DNA of 62,733 nucleotides, filler included, from Blastocystis sp. subtype 4 (GCF_000743755.1; 25 parts of 25 records of this genome joined end to end with filler, not necessarily neighbours in it), one strand, 5' to 3'; positions 16,382 to 30,529 are shown, counted from the whole stretch's first letter. Notes: generated by a model from the sequence alone, not told the origin. Numbers and translations: made by a program.

Positions 16382-18718
16382 ACATTCCTTCAATCTGGAA
16401 GTAACACGATTGCTATTGCCATTGTTGCTATTGATGATACTCAACTCACATCCTATTTCGATACAATGGTTCGTTTGATGCCTTCAGAACAATCAGAATC
16501 TCATATCTGGGAATTCACTGTTGCAGCTGCTGGAACCAATTATATGGCTGTAGGAACATTAAGTGATATCAATGTCAATTACTGTTCCAATTCTCTGACC
16601 ATCACATTGAGTAATGATCATCGTGAATGGATCAGTTCTGTTCAGATTCAGATGACTCATCACTTCAGTAGAGATGAATGGGTAACTGAGTTCAATCTGT
16701 ATGGTCGTAACTCAGATACAGATGAATGGACACTTCTGAAGGAAGTCACTGGTCTCACTTATTCTATTTCAGGTCAGAAGAAAAGAATCTATTTGTCTAA
16801 CAATACTCCTTACAATCAATTCATGTTTGAGAACTTTGGTACTGGTAATCCTTCTTCTTGTTTTGGGTATATTCAATCTCTGGATCTGTTTGCTGATAAC
16901 ACTTTGGCTGATATTCCTAACTTCACTTATGATTCTTCAATTACTGTATTCAAGTATGCAGAGATGACTGAAGTGATTCCTCAGAATGGAGATGGTTACA
17001 TGAACTTCAGAATCAATCCTTCTCTTCCTACTGGTATTGTGTTGGATCCTCACACTGGTTGGATTTCAGGTACTGCCACTGCTGAGAGTACTACTCAAAC
17101 CTACACTATCACTGCTACTAAGATGACTGGAGGAGATGTGACTGCTACTATCTCTCTCTCAGTTTCAATATGTACTGGAGGCAAGGGACTGATGACTGTT
17201 CGTATATACGCTGATTATGATCGTGAAGAGAATTCATGGAAACTGTATGAAGGAAGAGGAACCTCAGGAACTGTTCTTCAATCAGTGTCTAAAATCCCGG
17301 AATATTATGAATATTACTATGTTGATTTCTGTTTGGATGATGGAATATACACATTTGAAGTAACTAATATATATGAAAATAGATGGTATTACGATTCTGG
17401 TTACACTCTGACTGTTGATTATGGAGAGATGGAGTTGGATATCATGAAAATGAATGGTCAGGATTACAAACCGATCTATGCATCAACTGTGTTTTCAACG
17501 TATTTCCCTTTCCAGATTGAATACACAGATTGGAAGGTGATACAGAGTGATGTGTCAAGTGATTGGAATACTGTCAGTTTCGATGATTCCACTTGGAACA
17601 CATACAAGGCTGTTGATATTCCTTCNACTTCTTCAATCACAACATATATCCGAAAGAGTTTCACAATGAGTGGAGTGAATGATTACCAAGTGTTGAATGT
17701 TCGAGTGAAGTATTCTGGAGGAGTGGCTGCCTATCTGAATGGAAATCTGGTTGCTCGATTCAATCTTGAAGAGGATTTCGATTCAACAAGTCTATCAATC
17801 ACTGATCATGATGCTAGTGTGTTCTCTAAGTTCCATGTGATTCTGTCAACATCTGGAATTGAGGAAGGTAGTAATGTATTCAGTTTCGAGATTCATCGTC
17901 CTTTGAGTGGTTCTTCTTCTGATCCTGTTGTGTTTGATGCTACTGGAGTATTTGGAGTTGAAGACTGTTCTACTGTTGTTGATTCCTATTCTTCTCTCAC
18001 CTCTACTGAATTGTTGCGTGGTACTGTTGCTGACATCATGGATCTTGATCCTTGCACTTATGGTGTACTACCCAATACAATTGGAACCTATATTGAATGG
18101 ACTGTTGAGAATCTGGAAGGAAGCAAATGGAATTCATTCAACATTCTTATTGGTGATTATGGTAGTTATTCTGTGGGCTTTGATATCTATGGTTATTCCA
18201 ATCCTGATGGTGAACAGGAATCAGTAACAATTCTGAATGCTGTGAATCAGACTGTGACTTCTCGAACAAAGCCTCAGATTGCTGTTCCTGAGGCTCTGAC
18301 TGGATTCCGCAGATATCGATGGCAAGTCACCAAGGTTATCTCAAATGACTTCTATGTTGATTCAATTCATATGGCCTATTGCAAGGATCCCAGATACAAT
18401 GATCCAAACTGGACACCTGGTCCAACACCAACTCCAACTTCGACTCTAATTCCCACTACTATTCCTCCTACTACAGTATTACCAACAACATCTGTTCCTA
18501 CTACTATTCCTCCTACAACACCTCCTCCTTCATCTGAGTTCATAGCATCTTCAGATTGGGATTCAATTCCTCTCAATGTCCAATCTCTCATCTTTGATTC
18601 AAACAGTTTCCCCGATATCATCGATGTTGATCTCTCCAATTTCACTTCTCTTCAATCTCTTCAATTCAGAGAAGGATCCTTCGCTTCTGCTTCTTCTCTC
18701 ACTATCATTGGTTATCAT
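16382..18718 (+). CDS. Large surface protein: Ig-like (He_PIG-type) repeat, carbohydrate-binding-like domain, PT-rich linker, LRR start (partial)
   Basis: Long intronless ORF; PSLPTGIVLDPHTGWISGT, YIRKSF..G.AAYLNG..V.RFNL, and a PTPTPT/PTTIPPTT linker. Confidence 0.75.
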
Positions 18719-18818
18719 NNNNNNNNNNNNNNNNNNNNNNNNNNNNNNNNNNNNNNNNNNNNTTAATTAATTAANNNNNNNNNNNNNNNNNNNNNNNNNN
18801 NNNNNNNNNNNNNNNNNN

Positions 18819-18963
18819 CATTCAAATTCAACATACAATTCTTATTATCATTCAATACACTCTCTTTCAAGTACTCTTTCCACTTCATTCTCCATTCTAC
18901 TCCATTCATCTTCTTTGTTGTTGATTCAACATTATCTACTTTGACTCTCTTAATATCACTCAT
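18819..18963 (-). repeat. Dispersed repeat (second copy at 43298-43382, +)
   Basis: The DNA encoding VDNVES..KKMNGVEWRMKWKEYLKESV is nearly identical in both contigs. Confidence 0.8.
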
Positions 18964-19994
18964 TTATCCTATTCAAATCTGATCTATTGATCTTTCTATT
19001 GGATGATACCTAAAACTGATTCACGGGAATCAATTCAATTCATCAACCTCCCATTATCTTATCATTCACAATTCGTATAAGGTTCCTGATGATCCCATAC
19101 TACTACTATTTGATTCTGATTACAAACTATGTAAATGGTGTAACGATAGAGTATTAATAGAGAGATGTGTCGTAGAATACACTTTGTGTATTCATTGATT
19201 ATCAACTCATACTGTACTACCACTAAACATGTATGAGAATGATTCAATCAGCCTTTTTGAGATCATGTTCTGTGGAGAGATAGATACTTCACACCTCACA
19301 ACTCATTCAGTCATCATTATCATCATCTCAGGATATTACCTATCAGATCTTATCAATTCACCTCAATGTTAATGATCTTCACATGCTGTGATTTGGACCG
19401 TTCCAGATCATTGCATCGATTGGAATGTATGATTTCAGATGGAGATAAGAAATGTAGATGTTGTGTAGTTGAGATAGGTCATGCTGCGGGAATCATAGTC
19501 ATTCTTGTGATGATTCCATTTTCACAACTTCTCTTCAAGAATATGGTTTTTGATCACAAGGCATAGGAAGATGAATGACAAGCGAATCAATATGATAACT
19601 GAGACATTAGAGAAATCAAATTGATCAAATTCCAGACTTGGGAACAATACATCTCAGGAATCTAATATAATGAAGTGAGGGTATAGAGTCACTTTGTCTG
19701 TGACAAATGTGCTATTCTTCTGATTGAGTACTATTCCATACTTGGTGTCCATTATCTCATATGCTTCTTATGTCATCATGGGTGGTTATTGTCACTTCGA
19801 TTGTGTTTACACCCAATACTCTGTTATTCTAATCGATTTATTTCTAGTTTCAGTATCTTACAGTTCCCACTTCTCATTTTTCTTGATGTAGTGAATACAC
19901 AATGAATGATGAATAGACAATTAACAGTCTGGCGAAGAAATTGAGAAGCGTTATTGAAACAATTGAGAGTGATTTTGTGTGATTGTGTCTCATG

Positions 19995-20385
19995 ATGGCT
20001 CTATTGGAATGAAGTTGGATTGTATTGAGGATTGAACAATAGGCTGAAGTACAGAATCATGATTGATGGAGTGGATATCAGACAGTTGGGATTGGAGGAT
20101 CTTCGATCTCATATCGCGACTATCCACAGGATCCTCTTCTGTTCTCTGGAACGATGCGTAGTAATCTGATCCATTTAGTGAGTATTCGGATGAATCCATC
20201 TGGTCAGTTCTGGATCTAGCAAGCATGTGAACTGTGATCTCAGAAGCTCCTGCTGGATTGGATACGCCTGTAGAAGAACATGGAAGCATTTATTAGGTAG
20301 GTCAGCATCAACTTCTGTGTATTGCAAGAGCATTTCTGAGGAAATCAAAGGTGATTCTGATGGACGAAGCCACTTCCCATAATTG
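19995..20385 (+). pseudogene. ABCC/MRP transporter NBD remnant
   Basis: IMIDGVDIRQLGLEDLRS, FSGTMRSNL, GLDTPVEEHG..VGQHQLLCIARAFLRKSKVILMDEATS with stops and frameshifts. Confidence 0.8.
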
Positions 20386-20519
20386 AAAGATCCTAAATCC
20401 TCCTAGTAATCTCCATTCACTTCTATTGTTCCCAATACGATAAGGTAAGATCTCTACAAGGCTAACTGTATGGAAACAAAGCTTAATTTTCCCAATAGTA
20501 GATAGGTGTATAGTAGTCA

Positions 20520-21072
20520 TCAGAGCGATGATATAAATGATTGTAACCTTGATATAAACCTGCTATTTCGATCAGAAACATAGGATAGGTGTTGCTTACT
20601 CTTTTCAACTGTATCCTTCGCATCTCCACCCATTGCTCCTGCTGCTCCAGCAGCTGCAATACCCAATATAGGAATAGTAAATAAAGTAACAGCCCCAAGA
20701 ATACCCATACCAACTGCTCCAGCTGTTTGCCATCCATTCTTGCCTTTGCACTTTTCATGTTGTTGTTCACAATACTCAGTATCCTTTCTTAGGGCTCTTA
20801 TTATTTTATTGGCTGTGTTCTGGCACATATCAATGGTATCAGTTGGTTCATTTCCATTTTCGTTCCATGATCTGGCTGATGAAATACTGTCATTAATGGT
20901 TGATGATGCTGATGAATCAAAGGACTCGTCTCCAATATCACTAAGAATCCTGAGAAATCTATCATAGACATCTCTGGCTTTGAATATATTTCCAAGTGTC
21001 TTGTTCACATCATCTAGAATGAATACAGTCAATCATATCTACTATTCACTGATTTCGATTTCACCTTCGTAA
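20520..21072 (-). CDS. Hypothetical helical protein with Gly/Ala-rich hydrophobic hairpin (5' partial)
   Basis: 170-aa ORF, extendable to the contig edge via a 29-nt GT-AG intron at ~21014-21042. Confidence 0.55.
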
Positions 21073-21172
21073 NNNNNNNNNNNNNNNNNNNNNNNNNNNN
21101 NNNNNNNNNNNNNNNNTTAATTAATTAANNNNNNNNNNNNNNNNNNNNNNNNNNNNNNNNNNNNNNNNNNNN

Positions 21173-21505
21173 TATCATTTCTGAAATGTATCGTTGAATC
21201 ATATCATTAGGAAATCTCATACTGTTTATTAATATCAAAATGTTTCATTGTGATAAAACAAAGAACAAAGAATTTGTGCTTCATTGTTGCCCATGATTTG
21301 ACTTGAAATGGGTTGAATATGTTTCCAAATTATTATCAAAATGTCTGCCTTTTCGAGCTTCTTTATGGGCCTTTTTGTCTGCATTTTACTGGCGATTTTG
21401 TCTGGTAGGGTTAAGTGTGTATAGCTACCCAGGGTTAGAGGCCCATGTTTGCGACGGTTTGTCTGCTTTTTAAAAATACGTAACATGCGTCAAAACACTA
21501 CTACT
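21173..21505 (-). mobile_element. Putative terminal inverted repeat of a Polinton/Maverick-like element, terminus (AGT)3
   Basis: Reverse complement of 54057-54420; similarity stops exactly after ...CAAAACACTACTACT (21505). Confidence 0.7.
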
Positions 21506-21674
21506 ACAATACATTATTGTATTCATTCAATCAGTTGATACTAAGAGAAATGGATGTGTTCAGATGGACAATAAAGGATCATGTTGCTTTCACTATCAAT
21601 CCAAGAAAGAAACCTCATAATTGCTTTCATTCAAACAACAGTATTCAATATCACTATTATGTCACATTCATATC

Positions 21675-22830
21675 AAGATTGTAAGAGAAATAAAGGTTCC
21701 AATGATGAAGTTCAACACAGAAATCATTCAAAGGCTTCACATCTTTGATGAGAATGTAATTGAGAGAGGCATATAAAGAAAGGAATCGATAGAATGGAGC
21801 ACTCAACAATGGATGAATCAGTTCTATCACTGTACTTCCTGGTTGAAGATGATATTGGATAATTCTACTCCATGTATTGAGATCAATACTCTTGTGAATC
21901 GTAATGAAGACACTTGTTCAGCAAATGTCATGTTCTCAAAATGAATCACTTGATGACTAAGATTTTCAGATGCAATAACTCCTCAGAGATTATCAGATTC
22001 TCTTTCAATTATGTGATCTATGATTGAATAGGAATATCAATGAATAAGGGATAGATAAAAAAAGGAGTATAACAATTGCTTTTCTTCAAATGATTATAGA
22101 ACTGAACACCACAGAATTATGGAAACAATCCCATTTCCTCCTTTCTGTTGAATGAAGTGTCAATGGAATCACATTATTTGAAGGATATGAATACGAATGA
22201 GTCCATGATGAGAGTCAAGAATAAGAATCACAAAGTATTGAAAACAGAATATGTATCAAATTGAATCCTTCAGAAGTGTAGTGTGATGATGATGAAAGTC
22301 AGTAAGAGATACATAATGGATTATTAGTTTCAACTCAAGTCAATAAACAACAATAGTCAGAATATCCACCAATTATTAATCAGTGTATTGATATTCATTA
22401 TTATTTGAAATGACTAGAAAAGAGTGTTCTTACAATCATTGCATATGTTCAGTCTATATCTCCCTTCCTTCTAATACTAGACTGATTGTTGATTTGCAAT
22501 TACAAAGGGCAAACTGGTAACTGTTGAAGAAATGAACTCTGATAAACGATTCCTTTGATGACATTGCTTCTTCACTATACTGTTAACAAGCAAAGAAGCA
22601 ACTCTCTGGTTGTGGAAGCAAGATTGCTAGTAAAATGAACTGTGAATTGAAGAATGAAACAGAACAGGAAGATGGATATCATCTGGAATTCGGATCTACT
22701 AGCAAGAAAACTGTTATCATTAAGCCCACTTTGAATAAGTTGTTTGTATTGAAGGAAGAAATCCAGAAGCTCTTTGGTACCGATATTGTAAAAGACTGTC
22801 TAGAATAAGTACTCTACACTTGTATCGAGA
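21675..22830. repeat. ~1.15-kb duplicated segment containing a decayed GT61-family glycosyltransferase (minus strand); copy at 60835-61975
   Basis: Collinear high similarity to 60835-61975; minus-strand MTFAEQV..TRVLISIHGVELSNIIF resembles the GT61 HGA motif. Confidence 0.75.
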
Positions 22831-23083
22831 AGGATGTGGATTCGGATCTGATGAAATGCCATCATCAAGTGCGTTTGGAATTAGGTGAATTCAAACTGGA
22901 ACCACAGTTCTAGAATGATTATCACTTGATTAACCCATTCTGATTCGTTCCTGTTAATAATGAATAACAGTTGATTCTGATCTAACAACAACTCATTATT
23001 CATATTGTCTTAAGGATGGATTGAAAGTGATGTGAGGATATGAATGTGTTGTTGAAAAGGGTTAGTGAAAGAAATGAAAACAA

Positions 23084-23201
23084 GAACGGTCATATCTAGT
23101 GGAAAGCGCCCTAACCCGTCTGATCTAGGAAGCTAAGTCATTACGAGTTGAGTTAGTACCAGTGTGGGGGACCCGCTGAGAAGTCTCAATGCTGTTCTTT
23201 T
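23084..23201 (+). rRNA. 5S rRNA
   Basis: GAACGGTCATATC...CCCGTCTGATCT..GAAGCTAAG...GTTAGTACC..TGGGGGACC...GCTGTTC; 5'/3' helix I pairing, ~118 nt, T-run terminator. Confidence 0.92.
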
Positions 23202-23797
23202 CTCTTTCATTTGAATCAGTATGAATCATCATTTCTGTTTAGATGGAGATGTGAATGAATGAGAATAGTGGAATGATTGGAATTGTTGAGAGTGATTGTG
23301 AACAAACAGATGAATGAAGTGGTTCAATTCCAAATACATATCCAGCAATTCCTCCATAATTGGCATTCGTTTCAGAAGAAGTCATTGGAAGTCTGAGTTG
23401 GATAGGTTCACAAGGAATGATTGAGACATCCACCANNNNNNNNNNNNNNNNNNNNNNNNNNNNNNNNNNNNNNNNNNNNTTAATTAATTAANNNNNNNNN
23501 NNNNNNNNNNNNNNNNNNNNNNNNNNNNNNNNNNNCTTTCCAAGAATAATTGACAAGGCAGACGCCCTATTCGTGATCCCAATTACATGAATTGTACCAG
23601 TTTCCACTTCCCACAATCGCTACACGATCGCGTGTCTTCATATCTGGGATACTTTCGATTCTTTCGTTGATATCACTCATGTTATAATATGAGAGTATGC
23701 TAATATATTTCTATTACATGAGCATATAACTCCCGCGGTTTATGATGAATTCTGGCACGACTATTTGAATTCCATAACATCAACCAAGATCCAAAGA

Positions 23798-25386
<1,589 letters not shown>

Positions 25387-25574
25387 TCATGTACTTTGAT
25401 AGTTTGTTTAATTCCTTATTTTCTTTAGGAGAGTCTCGAAATATTCGATTATACAAATCATAGGGGGCAAATTTTGCACTCTCCGCCAAAGCAGTCAATG
25501 CTACAGTTGCTACCCCCTGGCTCTATTCCTATTCTCAGAACGTCATAGTAATCACCTATTCTTTGAGCATTACG

Positions 25575-25784
25575 ATGGCTGATATTCAAGAACAGGTATG
25601 CAATGCGATTTAATCATTATCTCTGCTTTTCGTGATGAAAAGTGATAGAGACACTGTTGTGCTCATTCTTTCATTCTAATGTATTTTTGTAGAACCAAGC
25701 TGCCTTCCAGAAGCAGGAAATGTTCTCTTACCGCAAGGTCCATCTCCTTGGTAAGAAGGCCAATCAGCGTTGGTACGCTGATAT
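25575..25784 (+). CDS. RPS11: 40S ribosomal protein S11 (uS17), 3' partial
   Basis: MADIQEQ|NQAAFQKQ...RWYAD matches the eukaryotic S11 N-terminus; 97-nt intron at 25596-25692. Confidence 0.88.
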
Positions 25785-25884
25785 NNNNNNNNNNNNNNNN
25801 NNNNNNNNNNNNNNNNNNNNNNNNNNNNTTAATTAATTAANNNNNNNNNNNNNNNNNNNNNNNNNNNNNNNNNNNNNNNNNNNN

Positions 25885-27116
25885 TCTTCGTACGTTGTAT
25901 TACTACTGTCGTCGTAATAATTGGATTACTCTGTTTGTTCCCTCTGCTCGTATTTGGACTCATCAAGGTATTGATATCAAGAGAGTGTGAGTCATAGGAT
26001 ATCAAGTTATCGAAATGACACGTCGTGAAGGAGGTTTCTTTGCTCAACCAGAACACTGTCAGAAGCTGCTTTTTGATGTAAGGAACAGAGAGAGAGTGAT
26101 ATCCTAGTTACATGTCACATCAGGTCACTTGCTGAAGACGCTTCCATTGAAGTGTAAGTATGATCGATCCTTGTTCTGGGCGAAGTCTCAGTTTGGAGCA
26201 GTATGTGAGTGATGAAGGATTGATGGATCAGGCAATCGATTCTGGAGCAATCAATACAATGAATCTGGATCAATTAGTGTTATATGGTGTGAACAGTGCT
26301 CGTGATGTAGGGATAGGAATGGGATATGAGAGTAGTCTTATGAAGTGGCTGCATATGTGAAACATGAATTAGAACTATGTGAAGAGTATAATGATGATGA
26401 GTATTGATGAGTAGTAGATATCCTGTTCTTATTGCTATCGATGATTACAATGCATTGTATGATTATTCTATCTTTGAATATCGGAATCAACCGTAGGAGA
26501 ATATAAACGAGAATAATCATTAGAATCCATGCGAGGAAATTGTATTTGGCTTCCTTATTCCGTTGTTTTGATGAAGCTGATTATTCTCCAGCTCAAGATA
26601 AACCTTATCCCGTTGTGAGAGTTCATGAACCACGAGAACCTGTAAATGAGATGCCTGCTGAAGATGCTGTTGGTGATGGACGTATATGTACTCTGAAGAA
26701 TACGTTGCGAAATGGAATTGTGATAGGAGCTCTGGAAAGACGATATGATCATATGGTCCTGATTGAGAGAAGGGAATGAGAGATAGATAAACTTCGATGA
26801 TGTGGTACGTTTGGGTCCAAAACACAACATGACAATAGGAAATTGTGATTATGAAACTGTAGAGAAGCTCGTAGACATGTTGGAGAAGTATGAAATCATC
26901 GATCGTAAGAATGGAGGAATAGGATGAATGTTAGCAATGAGTACACCTCAACGACAATATCTCTATGCTTTCTCAGAGGGTAATTATCGAGAGATGATGA
27001 CTTCATTATTGCAGAATCGACGATGGATATGGGACTACACACCAAAGGAAGATTATTTTGCATTCATTGAGAAGAGTGGTACTGAGGAGATTAAGAAACT
27101 ATGGGAATATGTCTAG
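25885..27116 (+). CDS. DAP3: Mitochondrial ribosomal protein mS29/DAP3-like (5' partial)
   Basis: YPVLIAIDDYNALY Walker-B-like motif, IHARKLYLA, NGIVIGA and C-terminal YAFSEGN, as in DAP3/Rsm23. Confidence 0.6.
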
Positions 27117-27186
27117 TCATTTGGCTTGTTTCTTGAATATGGTATGACACAACTTCCTCAGAACGAACATCTTTAACAAACATTAT

Positions 27187-27990
27187 ATCCAAAAGCTAAT
27201 CGCTTCCTTCCACGCGCTCGCACTTTGTTAAATGCATCCAATGTCTCTTTCGTATGATTTATTAGCGACGAATAACCTTCCAATACATGCTGAAACTATC
27301 AATAACTAGCGCTTCTCATTTCTACCAAATCCTTTGCTTGAACATGTGTAGAAATGAAAGCTCGCTCTAGTACATACAAATCAACTCCCATATCTTCTGC
27401 ACTTGTACTTACAGAGGTCAATCCGAAATCAATCACTACTAAATCCCCTGTTCCTTCCTCGATCATAAAGTTGGATGTCGTAAGATCTCCATGGATTAGA
27501 TTATGATTATGTAAGCGAGCTACAGTCTCCCCAATTTTGAAGCAATAACGATTCAGTTCCTCTTCTAATTGTAAACATATTAATAATATAAAACCAGATG
27601 AATACAAGGATTTGTTGATGTAATCTCGAACGGTATAACCTTCAATGTAACTCATGATTACACAATAACGGTTCATGTCCACATATCGAAGAACAGGAGT
27701 CTTGATTCCTGCTTTCAGACAACGAACCATACTTCGCGCTTCCTTCACTTAATTCAATGATACAAATCTACTTGAACTAATCGTTTAGTACGAATAGAAG
27801 CATCGAGAGAAGGATGACGATACTCCTTCTTGATTCGCTCTTTTACAAGTACTTTCTGTCCTAAAAATGTTCCTTTATACAATCTCTACGAATAAGATAG
27901 CTCTACACCTCCAACTCCCTCGGCACCTTGGGCGATCAATTCAAACCCAGTCGGATCAAAAGGAATATCCACAAGAGGATTAGAAGCCAT
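27187..27990 (-). CDS. BUD32: KEOPS kinase Bud32/TP53RK; stop probably completed by polyadenylation
   Basis: QGAEG, VKER..K.YRHP.LD, IHGDLTTSN, IDFGL, VDLYVLERA and C-terminal VRARGRKRLAFG. Confidence 0.93.
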
Positions 27991-28041
27991 TCGTAGCGAA
28001 TCACAACAAACACTCCGTACTAGTACAAACTAATAAACACT

Positions 28042-28127
28042 TTAGAAGCACTTTCTGTGGACAATGCTTGGACCAGCCTCATCATATTCACTCTTAGCAA
28101 TCCACATGTTATGGAAGGAAGACAGAC
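28042..28127 (-). CDS. ACT: Actin, C-terminal fragment
   Basis: LSSFHNMWIAKSEYDEAGPSIVHRKCF*. Confidence 0.95.
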
Positions 28128-28227
28128 NNNNNNNNNNNNNNNNNNNNNNNNNNNNNNNNNNNNNNNNNNNNTTAATTAATTAANNNNNNNNNNNNNNNNN
28201 NNNNNNNNNNNNNNNNNNNNNNNNNNN

Positions 28228-28492
28228 CAGAAGGTCCCGAAGTCTGGAACTCTCTGTTAGGGAAACGCAGATCCGAGGCAATGACGTTCTCAACACCGTA
28301 CTTCTTACGGAGGACTAGTCATTAACCCACAGAACCACACAAACGAGTAACGAACTCAGTACCGATCTGTCCACAAGCTCCAGTGATGAGAATTCTAGGA
28401 GCAGCAGTTCCGAAGGAACGAGTAGCCTATACACATCATTAACAAGAAATAGTCCATACCTTCATAGCAACCTTAGCGGCACCAGCAAGCAT
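28228..28492 (-). CDS. TDH: L-threonine 3-dehydrogenase (SDR type) with mitochondrial-type presequence, 3' partial
   Basis: MLAGAAKVAMK|ATRSFG...RILITGACGQIGTE...LRKKYGVENVIASD. Confidence 0.85.
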
Positions 28493-28786
28493 ATTTCAAT
28501 ACAATAGAAACACAAGGAAAAAGTGAATCAAAAAAGGGAAATGGGGAAATGGGAAAGATGGTGACCGTATGAGAATCATAGAGGCAACTGATTATTACTG
28601 AACGTACATCTTCTACAATCTTTCCATTCACCATTTATGGTTAATAATGCTTTTTGGAGTTGGGATCTTCTCCACAAGTAACAGATACGATAGCGAAAAG
28701 AGTGATTGCCAACAAACAGGAACAAATAAGCTTATAATCAAACAAAGAAAGTGGCGGCTAAGTAATAGAAGTTAAGAATGGCAAAA

Positions 28787-29570
28787 CTAGTTCTCGGCGC
28801 AATTCGAGTTCTCTCCATCCAACATTCGAAATACACTTACAAAAGCTGCTGGTGGATTTGCTCCTTCCAAATAATACTTGTCATTGATAATAAAAAATGG
28901 AACCCCTCTGTGGTTAACCACATAGATCATTGTTACTTGATTTCTAAATCTGTTTTAGCGAAGTCATCTTCCTCTAATACCTCTTGCTTGAAATCATTCG
29001 AATAGAGCATTTTCTTAGCTCCTTTCAATCCCAATTCATCGGCTAATTGCACAAGGAAATCGATTGAACTAATATTTTCCCCTTCCTCATAGGTAGCACT
29101 GAAGATACGCTGATTGAGTTCCTCCATATTCTTGAAATCGATAGAACGAGCATACATCAGCAGGCGATGCGCATGAAATGAGTTTGGCCAGAATCTATTC
29201 TCAAGGTTCATGCGAAAGCATACTTCCAATTGCTAAAATGTGCGCCATCCTTCTCAGCACTCTTCTTCAGTCCTTTCACCCAAGAATCACTACCCCAACG
29301 ATTCACATTATATCTATTGATGAGAATAACTGAGTGGCGGTACGCCAAATACTCTTCTCCACCCTCACTGATATTTGTGTCGATCATGTACTAGTCATCA
29401 TGCATCATCCATGTTCATACAACATGTTCAGCTACAGAAATCGGTTTTCCATACCGTCGTATAGCCTAACTGTTAATATTTGAGAAAAGGTCTACTTCAT
29501 GGCAACGAAGAAACCCAACATAACACCATGGGCAAGTAAAATCGTAATAGACATCTAGCTTAAGTGGCAT
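28787..29570 (-). CDS. DsbA/FrnE-family thioredoxin-fold oxidoreductase
   Basis: LDVYYDFTCPWCYVG, PNSFHAHRL, GENIS, GVPFFII..KY.LEGA.P motifs across short introns. Confidence 0.85.
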
Positions 29571-29930
29571 GAAGCTCGGATTCGATAAAACTTGAAAAAG
29601 GATTATCACCTGAAAGCCGCAATTGCAAGGAAAGAGGAAGAACGGCAAGTGATACAAAAAGCTATAATTATCAAGGAATCGCAGAAAATTGATCAAAACT
29701 CTCTCTATTGTTATCAATTTGAGATAAAATATAGCAATCTGATAGATAATAGGAGTGTCAATTCATTAGCTGATTTCTCCGTATTCTACGAGAATTAGTA
29801 CCATGGACACTCTTCTCCTTTCTCTATTGTTTCTCATTATGATTTTTCATTGAATACACACTATATCTAAAATCGAACCTTTTTCTGTCATTTTTTTCAA
29901 AGCCTCAAATATCAACCAACAGCCGTTATC

Positions 29931-30529
29931 ATGGAAGGAAAATCTTCTGTTGCCCGTAATTTGTTGTGATCTTGTGATAAGTCTAAGGAAACATCGATTT
30001 GTCCCGAAAGCTAACACCAGAGGAAAAGTTCGAAATTATCACTCGAAACCTCCAAGTTTGTTTTGTTGAATATATGTTTAGTGATTAGGAAGTGGATGGA
30101 GCTGAAGAGATCAAGGAAATTCTGAAGACGCGTGATTTGAAGGTAAGTGACACTGAATTTGTTCAACTCAAGATCTATTGGGGAACAAGTCCTACTGGTC
30201 GTCCTCATATCGGTTACTTCGTGCCTATGAGCAAGATTGGCGACTTCTTGATTGCTGGATGTGAGGTAGGGACTGTTCATCTTATTTTCCAATAGGTGAC
30301 CATTCTATTTGCCAACCTTCATGCCTATTTGGATAACATGAAGTCAACTTGGGAATTGCTTTCATCTCGAACAGAGTACTATATCCGTGTGATCAAGGGA
30401 ATGCTCCGATCTCTTGGCATTCCTCTTGAGAAACTGAAATTCGTAACGGGAACGGACTATCAATTGGGAGCTGACTACACATTGGATATGTACCGGTTAT
30501 CTTCTCTAGTGACTGAACACGATGCTATC
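29931..30529 (+). CDS. YARS1: Cytosolic tyrosyl-tRNA synthetase, 3' partial
   Basis: [40 protein letters not shown]. Confidence 0.95.
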
